From positions 108,748,001 to 108,812,000 of the forward strand of contig NC_043002.1 in NCBI RefSeq assembly GCF_006345805.1: 64,000 nucleotides of DNA, read 5' to 3'. The translations under genes and the position numbers were made by a program. Positions 50,101 to 62,482 of the stretch are shown here, one piece after another (the stretch's first letter is position 1; each line of letters starts with the position of its first letter). The stretch comes from Octopus sinensis. Lineage: Eukaryota. Below the pieces are notes generated by a model. That model ran no database searches, was not told the DNA's origin, and saw only the letters and a program-made list of their open reading frames with translations.

Positions 50101-50324
50101 GGGAGGAGGCAACTGGAAAAAGCGAAACCTTGCCAACGCGTTTGGCTTAAGTGTGGAGTTTATTACAGCAATGAGAAAGAATGATGAATGAGATTCTCTC
50201 AACAGGCGATTGTACCTGGGGTGTTAGAACGAGGGGGGAACAGAATAAGGAAAAATTGGAATATTTAGAAAATTAGTTATATACAAATTACATTAGAAAA
50301 TATGAACTTAATAGAAAGTGTGTG

Positions 50325-50638
50325 GATGGATGGATGGATAGATAGATACAAATAAATACATACGTGGATAGATAGATAGACAGATACATGGATAGATAGA
50401 TACATGGATAGATAGATAGACAGATAGATAGATAGACAGATACATGGATAGACAGATAGATAGATAGACAGATACATGGATAGACAGATAGATAGATAGA
50501 CAGATACATGGATAGATAGATACATGGATAGATAGATAGACAGATACATGGATAGACAGATACATGGATAGACAGATAGATAGATAGATACATGGATAGA
50601 CAGATAGACAGATAGATAGATAGATAGATAGATAGATG
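50325..50638. repeat. Compound (GATA/GACA/CATG) tetranucleotide satellite
   Basis: Direct reading. Confidence 0.95.
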
Positions 50639-51639
50639 GGGAGTAAGAGTGCTAGTATACGTGTGAGTTTGTACATTTGTGTCAATGTAGAAAGTTGGAT
50701 GTGCATTAAATGCAGTAAGACTATGAATATATGCATGTGTGTGTGTGTGTGTGTGTGTACAGAGCAGAGCACAGAGACGTGGGTGCATATGTATAGGTAA
50801 GATGCAGTAGTACAAATATACTAATAAGGCGTATACTTCTGTCTGTATACAACACACACACGCGCGCATATATACATATATATATATACTTATATATATA
50901 TATTGAAGAAAGAAAGAGAGAGAGAGAGTCTGTTCAGAAATGTTTGAGGAAAATGTGAATCAATGCAAACTACAGTGTTTAAATATGCGTATATTAAAGT
51001 GTCTCCAACCAACGCATTATATACGCACACACCTTAAACACAAGAGAAACCTTGCACACATGTACGCAATTAGTAAGGTGGATTATCGTGAACATAATAG
51101 TGTCAGATGTGCGGTTTATGGTTTTTTGAGTATATTCTGTGAGTTTGCACTGTCTTCGAGTAAGGCGATATCATCTCTCAGAGATCAATAATAGCTAATC
51201 AGACAGAGAAGGGGGAAGAAAAAGAAAAAAAAAGACCAGACAAACAATCACCCGTAAGAAAGAAGGTGGTCACTTAATCGAATTTGTATCATTGTAAAGT
51301 GATTGTGACGAGTCGAAGGTCCGAAGTCTCATCATATACGACAAAACAAAATTACAAGACAGAAACAGAATTTTGACAAATGCAAACAGAAATAGTATAT
51401 AGTAAATATATACTAGTCATGACTTAAGCATATAAGGGGGACACACACACATATATATATACATATATATATATCAATAATAATAATAATAATAATAAAG
51501 GGTAAAATTAATTAATTCTTCCTATAATAGAGGAAATAGCTAAGTTCTTTGGCTGCTATTTCTAAAAGTTCGATATGTGGCAAAGCAATTTTTTTTTTTG
51601 CTAAACCCTAATTATAATTATACTCATAATTATAAAAAG

Positions 51640-51657
51640 TAATATATATAAATATAT

Positions 51658-51702
<45 letters not shown>

Positions 51703-51824
51703 CATATATATACACATATATATATACATATACATATATATAACATACATATATATATACATATACATATATACATATACACATATATACATATACATAT
51801 ATACATATACACATATATACATAT

Positions 51825-51871
<47 letters not shown>

Positions 51872-51990
51872 CATATATATACACATATATATATACATAT
51901 ACATATATATACACATATATATATACATATACATATATACATATACACATATATACATATACATATATACATATACACATATATACATAT

Positions 51991-52028
<38 letters not shown>

Positions 52029-52040
52029 ACATATATATAC
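51640..52040. repeat. Compound (TA/CA) microsatellite about 160 bp into PI4KA intron 1
   Basis: Direct reading. Confidence 0.95.
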
Positions 52041-52201
52041 AGAAAGAAAAGTGGGTGGTAAAAGTGAACGGTTAAAGACCGGCGGCAGTTGTATGAATGT
52101 GTAAGAGTCTCTGACACACGGATTAAAGCAAAATAAGAGCTAGAATGACAGATGGGAGCAGAAATAAATACAATCAGCTTGGTTTGGCCTTAAATACTAA
52201 C

Positions 52202-52294
52202 CTTTTCCCATGGAGTTGGCTTCATGGATGCTAAAGTATAAGCTAACTGTTGCAGCATTTTGGAATATAAACACCATTGCTCCAGCGCTGCCAT
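52202..52294 (-). CDS. PI4KA: PI4KA coding exon 1 (MAALEQWCLYSKMLQQLAYTLASMKPTPWEK)
   Basis: ATG at 52294 in strong context (ATCATGG) with an in-frame TAG upstream. 93 nt, phase 0, donor AAG|GTTAGT. Ends in PTPWEK, which joins exon 2 and resembles the PI4KA N-terminus (LARSLA...EK|VQK). Confidence 0.9.
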
Positions 52295-53254
52295 GATGAC
52301 ACTCCTCCTCTGCCAACAACTAGAGCCAGTTTTCTTCTTTCTGTCTCTCTATTCCGCTTTCTTTACTCACAGTACCTCGCTATTTCTCAATTACTCCATC
52401 TAATTGCGATTCCTCCCACTTTAATTCCAACCTCATGCTTTCTACCAATGAAGCAAATGGGCAAAATTACCCCCCTTTAATACGCCTCTTTTTTTTTTCT
52501 GCCACTCTCTCACTCTCTCTTTTATTCCTCTCTCCCTCTTTCACTCTCTCTCTCTCTACCTGTTTCTCTTTAACTCTTTCTTCCTCTCTCTCTTTCTCAC
52601 TCAAATCATCATCACCTCAATGCCAGTTTTTACCCAATGTTAATTTCACTAATTAACATCCCCCTGCTTTAAGACGCCATTTACTACATTCATTAAATCT
52701 TTATTTGTAATTTCTGTTTTCCATTACATTATGTATCTAAAATTTATTTCCCTTTAGAAGCAAATTACCAGCAAGGTTATCTCCCTTGACAATGACCTTT
52801 CTTCATTATACTTATTCTTTATGACCAACGCCCTTAAAGAATTTCGATGACCAATAAATTTTGGACCTGTTTTGTAGGTTTAAAATTGAAAATATTACGG
52901 AATTAGTCTTTCTGGATCAGGCTATTGTATGCGTTTATGACATTTAATATTGAGTTTATAAGGACACAGCATCAGTCTCCTAAAATGGAGCAGACTACAT
53001 ATCTTAGACAGATACTATCAATCATCTTTAAAACGCTTCCACACATTACCTCTGTGATTGGCAAAATAATGTGAAAGAGACTAAGCTGCTTTTTCTAGCA
53101 GATTGAGCAACTATATTGAGGGCCCTTTGTCAATTCCTTGTATAGCTGCTTTTGTAGTGAGGATATGCAGTTCTCAAATAGTGCAGTCTGCCTAGTTTAG
53201 TAACAGGACATTAAATTTGACAATTGATAACATTAAAATATTTTGAGTCAATTT

Positions 53255-53958
53255 TTAACTCTTTCGATACCAACTCATCTGAAACCGCCTCTGGCTCTGT
53301 AGTACAAATGTCTTGTTTTCATAAGTTTTGAATTAAACTATTCAACCAAATCTTAGTTACAATATATGTCCCTAACATTAGCTTAACCCTTTAGTGTTCG
53401 CATTATTCTGCCAAAATTAATGCTTTTTTATCCACTTTGTTTTGAACTAATCATGCATTATCTTGTAGCTATGAGATTTTGATGAGGTAACTGTTATTAA
53501 AATGATATTGTAGGGTTGGTGTGAGAGACCAGATCGGGCCAGTTTGAACATAAAACAGGCAGAATACTTTTGGCCGGATATGGCCGGTTTAAATGCTAAT
53601 GGGTTAATGATAACTAAGTTATTTTCCTAAATTCTTTGTTATATTTAAAATCAATTGAAAGAAACACAGAGCATCTCAAAATAAATATGGTAACAAAAGG
53701 GTTAAAATATATAATAGACAAACAATTCTTAACCCTTTTGATACCAACCTGGCTGAACCCAGCTCTGGTTCTATAGTACAACTGTGTTGTTTTCATAAGT
53801 TTTGCATTAAAATCTTCCACCAAACCTTAGTCACAATTTATGTTCCTAACACTAGTTTAATGATAACTAAGTTATTTTACTAAATTCTTTGTTATGTTTA
53901 AAATCAATTGAAAGAAACACAGAGCATCTCAAAATAAATATGGTAACGAAAGGGTTAA
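53255..53958. mobile_element. Inverted copy of the same MITE dimer, with a second piggyBac-type MITE (53387-53603) nested at an internal TTAA
   Basis: Same spacer in reverse complement at 53706-53728. The nested element has CCC/GGG ends with TTAA at 53383-53386 and 53604-53607. Confidence 0.85.
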
Positions 53959-55304
53959 GTTGTCGTCTTCATCATCATCATTACCATCATTTCATATCCA
54001 CTTCCCATGCTGGCATGGTTTGGATGGGTCACCACAGTTTGAATCAGAACATATTTGGGGGATGCTGCTTGTCTAGACACGTCAGAGTTTCCTCTTTGGC
54101 TTGATTTCTACAGCTGGAGTCCCTTCCTAGCATCAACCACATTACAGGGTATCTTGGGTAAATTTTTCATGGCACCATCACTAGAGAGGCAACCATGTCC
54201 ACAACACAACTAGAGGAACCGTTTGACCACATGTCTGTCCACTCACCAATGACCTTACAAAGTGAGAGACACAAAGAAAGCAGTGTGAATGAGAGTGATG
54301 AGTCATAAAGGAATGAGTAACGAGGGTACTCAGCTTTTTCACATTTACAATCAAGGTGAACAAAAGGATACAGTAATTACAGATACAATGTCATTCAGGA
54401 GATATCTAGTTTTCATTTTTTCCCTTTGTTAATACTCCCGTGTTCATACACACAAATCCAGTGAAGTGTGCTTGTTAACCCACACCACACTACCATGCAG
54501 CATCCCGCCCACTTCATGTGCCCATGTAGCAGGAATATTTAACTGGCACCTGTGCCGGTGGCATGTGTAAAAAGATTTGAGCGTGGCCATTGCCAGTACC
54601 GCCTGACTGGCCCCCATGCCAGTGGCACGTAAAAAGCACCCACTACACTCTTGGAGTGGTTGGCGTTAGGAAGGGCATCCAGCTGTAGAAACTCTGCCAG
54701 ATCAAGATTGGAGCCTGGTGTAGCCCTCAGTCAAAATCGTCCAACCCATGCTAGCATGGAAAGTAGTCATTAAACGATGATATCAAACTTAGAAATCAAA
54801 CCTGGATCACAATATCTGATGCAAAAAAGCAATTCAAGAATACAATCGCAATTCACTAAAATATTACCAAAGTCAACAAAACAGCTGACCATTCAAGACT
54901 TCATGTGGAACTGGAACTAACAACAATATTGCCTTTGGCACACTTTTTCTTACCAAAACTACCATTATATATTCACCATACTTTAACTACTATGGGCAGA
55001 CGGTAGGCAGCAGACTGAATGCAGAGCATGGTGGTCAGAAGACAGTAGCAGAACAAGCAGCAGACCAGAGTGCTGTGACAACCCAAAAACAATGGACGGC
55101 ACTGAGAGCAACACACAACAATCAACCAACAACAAGAAACCCAGAACAGTGACTACAATCGTACCTTGTCCAATAATAATCTTTGAACTATCTTGGCATT
55201 TATCATTGTAGCAATGACAAATTTTTTTGTTTATGATAAAAATAAATATTTTGTGACACACACATCATATAATTTTGTTATTCTGAGAGATAAACGTTTT
55301 ACTT

Positions 55305-56215
55305 TTATTTTCCAGACCATTCTTACTCTGGCTACTATGCTACCTGAACAATCACTCTCACTGCTAATTAGCTCACCTAAGAAACAGAAGCTTGCAGTTG
55401 ATAGAACCTATTTCCTGTGAGCTTTCAGTGCATATGAAGTCTTTCCTCTCCAATAATCTGCCTGATTCTATTGCATCCCTTGTATACTGGGTCCACCATA
55501 TGGAACTCCTATATCCTCCTTTTCTACATATTAAGTATGACTATTTCTCAGATGGTAGCAGGGCCCTGTCTTCTCATCTACATGCCAATATTTTAGTCTT
55601 CCCTAAGTAAACTTTGAAGGTCTCTCAGTTCTAAATTTTGCTTTCACATCTGGAAATTCTTATCCAGAACCATCATAGATTTAGCTATAAGATCTAGGAC
55701 ATCAAAACATAGGAGTACCCACTGGCAGCTGGTCTGAAATTCCTCTGTAATAGCTTGGAGGATTATAATGAACAGAAGAGATCAGAGGATAGAACCCTGA
55801 TGAACCCCTTCTTAAATACTAAATCCATAGCTGAACTTGTTCCTGGTACTCATTTTGCTAACAGCTCCTCTATGCATGGCTTGTATAGCTTTCACATCAT
55901 ATTCATCTAATCCTAGTCTCCTCAGTGAACACCAAATCACAATGTAGGGAACTTTGTGAAAGATCTTATCAAGGTCAACAAAGCCATGTTCATGGCTAAG
56001 TACTTTTGTATTTTTCTAACAAGGAAGATAATATCTATAGTACTTTTCCCAGGAACAAGGCTGAACTACATCTTATCTAGAAAAAATATATAACCTCCTT
56101 CCTTGGCAGAGGTAATAATTCTCATTCTAATCAACTGACTTATAACCTTTCTGTAACTTTCATGGCTTGGTTCAGCAATTTGGTACTTCAGACTATCATC
56201 TCTTCGGCCATGTAC
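55305..56215 (-). mobile_element. Decayed RTE-clade LINE reverse-transcriptase fragment
   Basis: Minus-strand fragments IKLLNQAMKVTER, VPGKSTIDIIFLVRK, FVDLDK, GVHQGSILSSLLFIIILQAITEEF, GELISS...IVARVRMVWK, with stops and frameshifts. Confidence 0.85.
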
Positions 56216-57187
56216 TTTTTGGTCATCCTCTCTTTCTTTTCCCCTATGGTGGTATCTATTTGAAAGCAGTTTTAGAACAGTGTTGTTCCAGCAGCCGGAC
56301 TATGTGAATCTGCTAGTTTTAATCTTTCTTTTCTGTGATGGTTTCACTAAATGGTCTTCTGTTAGCTCTCTTTAGAATGTCCAACTTCGCCTAACATTTA
56401 TATTATTTTAATCCCATACTTTACACTTCAGATAACACCTTCACTTACCCTTCTAACTCTTCCTACTTCAAACCTCACCAAACTCTTCACTCATCAGTTT
56501 CTTTCTCATCAACGCTTCCCATCTTCCCTGCATTCCCTTTCCTTCCATATACTTCAACCTTCAGTTTCCTACACCAGTTTCTTTATTATTTGCTCTTTAA
56601 GGCAGCAAACTAGCAGAACCATTACCAAGAAAATACTTAGCAGCAGCATTACTTCCAGCGCTTTACCTTCTGAGTTCAAACCCTGCTAATACCAGCTTTA
56701 GATCCTTAATTAGTTTAAGGCTGCAAATTAGAAGAGTCATTAGAATGTCTACCCTAGAAGGTATTGCTCCAGTATGGCCACGGTGCAATAATAGAAACCA
56801 GTGAACGAATAAAAGAGTTAAAGAATTTGTTCCTTCAGCAAAATGTCAGAGTACAAATTCTGTTTGTTTATTGAGTAAGAAAATTCAGTGTTTGTCTGGC
56901 TTTAGAAATAAGGGTCTTCTATATTTGTTTTCACTGTTCCATTGGAAAGGTAACCTTCCCATGCGGACAACTGGTGGATAAAATTTCGGTTTGGTCGGAT
57001 AAAATGGCAGCGTTTCTGAATAAAATCATATGCTTCCTGAAATAAAGATTTAAAGAAAGATTTCTAGAATTATATTCAATGTCAATAAACAGTTCTTAAA
57101 TAAGGTGATATAGCCTATATATAATCCTTCAACCAATTAGAAATAACAGCAAACCCTCCCTCAAACCACACTCTACTATTTTAAATA

Positions 57188-57377
57188 TTTGGTTGGTGCA
57201 TAGTTATTGCGGCTTTTTTTCAACAAAAACAATAACAACATTTAACAAAAACATCTTTAAATGATTATTCTGGAGCATATTCACCATCCACTTCAATTTC
57301 TGCTTGGCGTTTTGTTTAAAATTTTTGTTGAATAAAATTTTTTGGAAAAAAGTCACAATAATTATGTACCAACCTAA
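57188..57377. mobile_element. Mariner MITE with Hsmar1-like TIRs
   Basis: TA|TTTGGTTGGTGCATAGTTATTGCGG ... CACAATAATTATGTACCAACCTAA|TA. Internal minus-strand EVDGEYAPE* resembles a mariner C-terminus. Confidence 0.7.
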
Positions 57378-57505
57378 TACAAAGAGAATGTAGACTCTCT
57401 TGTTGCTTCTATGAATGAAGGTTCAACAAAACACAGTTGAAATATCTTCTTTTCACCCTTTCTGTGTGATGCATCAAAGCTGAAGACTCCCAGTAGCATC
57501 ATCTA

Positions 57506-58054
57506 CAAGGGTGATCCAAAAAGTAATGCCATTTTGTTTAGGACAGGGATAATTACCAACACAGGAACATGTATCATACATCAAAATGAAGCTGGTCCTC
57601 TGTGGATCACATCCCTACATCTCAACATAGTCACCGTTTCTCTCAATAGCAATGTTCTACCTTCGAATGAGAGCATGTATCCCTGTCCTGTAAAATTCTG
57701 TTGACTGTTCTTTCAGCCACTTCTTCACCACAGTTTTCACTTGTTCATCACTGAAATAATGTTTGCCTCTCAAACCCTCTTTCATGGGGCCGAAGAGATG
57801 ATAGTCCAGTGATGAGGAAGAGAAAACTGTAGTGAAGAAGTGGTTCAAAGAACAGTCAACAGAATTTTACAGGGCAGGGGTACATGCTCTCATTCAGGGG
57901 TGGAATATTGCTATTGAGAGAAGCAGTGACTATGTTGAGAAACAGGGATGTGATCCACAGAGGACCAGCTTCATTTTGATGTATGATACATGTTCCTGTG
58001 TTGGTAATTATACCTGTCCTAAACAAAATGGCATTTCTTTTTGACTCACCCTCA
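57506..58054. mobile_element. Palindromic mariner derivative built from two 3' ends
   Basis: TA|CAAGGGTGA...TCACCCTCA|TA. Both arms encode mariner C-terminal peptide (DYHLFGPMKEGLRGKHY..., KKWFKEQSTEFYRAG). Confidence 0.85.
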
Positions 58055-58267
58055 TAACTATTCCCATTTCCTATTTCCATATTGCCACTAGACTTATGGA
58101 TAAAGTGTGATGGAATTGGCACTGGTATCTTGGTTTGCTGAACAACTCTTGTATGATGAGTATTATCAGAGTGGGCATGATTTGTGTGGTAGTTCTCAAC
58201 CAGGGTCCATATGGCACTTGGAGGGAAGGGGAGGGGCCATACAAGATTTTGTTGTTAAAATTTATTC

Positions 58268-58904
58268 TCTTTTACTCTCTTATTTGTCTTACTTTTTTCA
58301 GTCATTTGACTGTGGCCATGCTGGATCACCGCCTTTAGTCGAACGAATCGACCTGAGGACTTATTCTTTGTAAGCTTAGTATTTATTCTATCAGTCTCTT
58401 GTGCCAAACTGCTAAGTTATGGGGATATAAGCACATCAACATCAGTTGTCATGCAATGATGGAGGGGGGGACACACAAACACACACACACAAATATATAC
58501 ATATATACAATGAACTTCTTTCAGTCTCCATCTACCAAATCCACTCACAAGGCTTTGGTTAGCCTGAGGCTATAGCAGAAGACATTTGCCCAAGGTGCCA
58601 CGCAGTGGAACTGAACCCAGGTCCATGTAGTTGGGAAGCAAACTTCTTACCACACAGCCACGTCTGCACCTTATAGGCAAGAAATTAGTTATGCTTCTAT
58701 AATACACAAAATATTTTAATTTTTGTAGACACAGGCATGGCTGCGCAGTAAGAAACTTGCTTCCCAACTACATGGTTCCAGGTTCAGTCCCAGTGCATGG
58801 TACCTTGAGCAAGTATCTTCTACTATATACCTTCATAGCCTCGGGCCGACCAAAGCCTTGTGAGTGGATTTGGTAGACAGAAACCGAAAGAAGCCTGTCA
58901 TATA

Positions 58905-58943
<39 letters not shown>

Positions 58944-60200
58944 TGGAGGCGTGGCTGTGCAGTAAGAAACTTGCTTCCAACCACATGGTTCCAGGTTCAG
59001 TCCCACTGCGTGGCACCTTGGGCAAGTGTCTTCTACTATAGCCTTGGGCCAACCAAAGCCTTGTGAGTGGATTCAGTAGACAGAAACTGAAAGAAGCCCA
59101 GCCTCCTAGCTTGCCAGTTCCCAGTCAAACCATCCAACCCAAGCCAGCATGGAAAACAGACGTTAAACGATGATGATGATGATGATGATGATATGTATGT
59201 ATGTGTTTGTGTGTCTGTGTTTGTCCTCCACCATGGCTTGACAACCGATGTTGGTGTGTTTACATCCCCGTAACTTAGCAGCTCGGCACAAGAGGCCAAT
59301 AGAATAAGTACTAGGCTTACAAAACATAAGTCCTAAGGTCAATCTGTTCAATTAAAGACAGTGCTCCAGCATGGACGCAATCAAATGACTGAAACAAGTA
59401 AAACAAAATTCCCCATAACATTTTATTATAGAAATACAGTAAGATGTCTTTTTTATAAACATTCCATGTCTACTGAGATTCCATCCGTGTAGAATAGGAA
59501 CCAAAGGGTTCCACAGGTAAAAATGATTGAGAACCATTGGTCTCATGCAACAAGTGTCACAAGCGCAATTCTGATAATACATTGGATAATATTGGATAAG
59601 TAGAGTGGCGCAGGAGTGGGTGTGTGGTAAGTAGCTCGCTTACCAACCACATGGTTCCGGGTTCAGTCCCACTGCGTGGCACCTTGGGCAAGTGTCTTCT
59701 ACTATAGCCTCGAGCCGACCAAAGCCTTGTGAGTGGATTTGGTAGATGGAAACTGAAAGAAGCCCGTCGTATATATGTATATATATATATATATATATGC
59801 GTGTGTGTGTTTGTGTGTCTGTGTTTGCCCCCCCACCCTAGCATTGCTTGACAACCGATGCTGGTGTGTTTATGTCCCCGTTACTTAGCGGTTCGGCAAA
59901 AGAGACCGATAGAATAAGTACTGGGCTTACAAAAAGAATAAGTCCCGGGGTCGAGTTGCTCAATTAAAGGCGGTGCTCCAGCATGGCCGCAGTCAAATGA
60001 CTGAAACAAGTAAAAGAGTAGAGAGAGTAATCCAATGATAAACCAAGAACACTCAGAGAGCACAAACATGCCCTTCCTAATGCCAACCACTTTAAAAAGT
60101 GTGTATGTGTGTGTGTGTGTGCCAAGATGCCACACAATAGGTCTGAACCCAGAACCTCATGGTTGGGAAGCAGGCTTCTTACCACACGGCCACACCTACA
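58268..60200. mobile_element. Cluster of the same SINE family in both orientations
   Basis: Copies at 58268-58675 (-), repeated heads 58735-59100 (+), body 59200-59405, 59607-60020 (+) and head about 60120-60200 (-). Confidence 0.8.
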
Positions 60201-62420
60201 CCTATAGAAAAGTAAAAGAACACAAAATGAAAGAGGATATGAAATGAAGTGAGAAAGTGAAAGACAGAAACTTTGACCGTAAAAATACAAAAAATCCAAT
60301 GTGTTTTGGTACAAAGACTGCTTCTGTTGCTATTAATTATCTAAACGTCTATTTATGTTCGTATAAAGGGGAAGTAATTTCCTGAGGTTTATTGTGTTAA
60401 CATCGTAAAATAACAAAATTATGATAAGATAAAAGTTTGCTTGGAGTCCTAATTCGGCTAAATTAGTTGGATAGAAAGACAAGGACTGAAGAAATGAAGA
60501 CAGAGAGACAGAGAAAGAGATAGAATTAAGAGAGATAATAAGAGGAAGAGAGAAAGAGATGAGAAAATGTGGTGGTATTAAAAGTGAAAGTATCTTATTG
60601 TTTACTTGTCTATATACGTTACATCTATATATAGACAATCTTCTGTTGATATTTGGACTTGTAATTAGCTAATCACAACAAAGAAACCACAGTTAACTGT
60701 CTTTTACATCAGCAGCAGCAGTCTCGTTCAATGTCCATCTCTCATGCTGCCAAGGAAGCTGAATATTAAATGTCAACAGGATCCAACGAAGTCAGAGGGC
60801 TGTATTGAGCTTCAGTCCCTGTTCTGGCACGATTTCTGTGGCTGGATGCTCTTCATAATCTGAACCACTTTGCTGGGTGTACCGGGTGCTTTTTCTGATT
60901 GCCAAGTAACTTGCAAGACAAACAGTGGGAGTGGTGGGGAGAAATCCCTTCGACTGAATGGGTTTGTAGTGGGAGTGGGGTGAGGCCAGCTGTTGAAAGG
61001 TTACAGCATGACAGAGGGAGATGGACAGGCGTCTCACTACAGAGGAGTTCTATAGCTACTTGGAATTATATAAGAGTGGGAGGGAATAACTGAAAATAAG
61101 ATAATAATGGAGATAACAAGATGTCAGAGCATACTTTCAAGGTACAAGAAGGTGAGTGTAAGAGAGAGTATGGACAGGATTGGGAAGGGTGGATGGACAG
61201 ATTCATTAGTTTGAGAGGAGAGTATCAGGTGGTCAGAATAGGATAGAAGTGAATGTAGTGAATGATCTGCAAAGGTGAAAAAGCAGAAGAGCATAAATTT
61301 GACATATAGTTTATATTTTGTGTTCAACAGCTGTTTCATTAAGATAAACACCATTAAATATATAATTACATGATTCTGATGCATAATTAATGATGACATT
61401 AATTAATGATGATGATCAGCAGGATTATGATGCTGCTGATGATGATGAGTTTGGCAGAAGGAACATAATTGTTGCTCTTTGCGGGTCTTCTAAGACTAGT
61501 GAGATTGGTTCAATAAGAAAATAAGGGCCAGAAAGACATTCCTGAAGGTTGATTTTGCGGGGAGGAAGATAGCTGTAGAGGTTATTACAGAGCCTGGAGA
61601 TGGTGAGTTACAGAACTGTCTTATTGCTATTCACCATATGTCTTTGTGAACATTTTGTACTTACCGCAAGGGACATCTGTGTACTGTACATGATGTATGC
61701 CACCAAAATCGTTGTGCTGCGACTAATTCCCAAAACAGAAAAAGCAAGGGTGATTTCATTTGCATCTGTAAAGAAACAAAAAAAAAATTAATTAAATTCT
61801 TAGAAAGAAGAATTAAACACAACGTTGATTTAAACACTTGCAGCTTAATTCCCATTTAATTTATCTAAACTATGCCATAAACAATCATTTTTCAGTTCAA
61901 TTGAATAAATCTCCCTCGGCACTGATGGTAATGAAATGGTTACAAAGAAACCTTTCTAAAGAAATTATTAGATAAGAAATTATGGCAGGAAATATGTTTT
62001 TGTCATATGACAGCATGTGTGCATGCATGGGTGATCATTACTATAATCATCATTATCATTTTAATCATCCCCCTTTCTATGCTTTCATGGTTCAGCTGGA
62101 ATATGCTGAGACAGATTCTCCTCCTCTCACCATCTCTCACTGTTTTCAAGTAAGGTATTTTTCCTTTTGGCTGGACATGTTTCCATGGAAGATTAGAAAT
62201 GAACAATGCCACTCGTTTTAGAAAGAGACTCAAACACATACATTTTTGCTACATTGGTTTACATTTTGGCACCAATTTCTACATGTAGTAAATCTTGGCC
62301 AGTCAGAATGTATTTTAGCTGTTTAGGTTGTTCTGTAATGTATAGCCTATAGTATTACAGTTAACAGGCATATAGTGGTTGAACAAAGGCCAAATTGAAT
62401 GATGGCTAGTATTTTCCCAG

Positions 62421-62482
<62 letters not shown>

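Noticed and set aside
3282-52117. Many YIYI, THTH, poly-Y and poly-I ORFs
   Set aside because: They are translations of (TA)n, (CA)n, (AAT)n and (GATA)n microsatellites.
54960-55200. Open frames in a complex stretch
   Set aside because: No splice sites, start context or recognisable family.
15511-59844. Recurring MSSNARGTN... / MLGGQTQTH... ORFs as a gene family
   Set aside because: They are antisense readings of dispersed SINE copies spanning a variable microsatellite.
61390-61524. Acidic DDDEFGRR peptide as a SNAP29-like neighbour (human PI4KA is head-to-head with SNAP29)
   Set aside because: It derives from a (GAT)n tract, stops after 44 codons and has no SNARE-like continuation.
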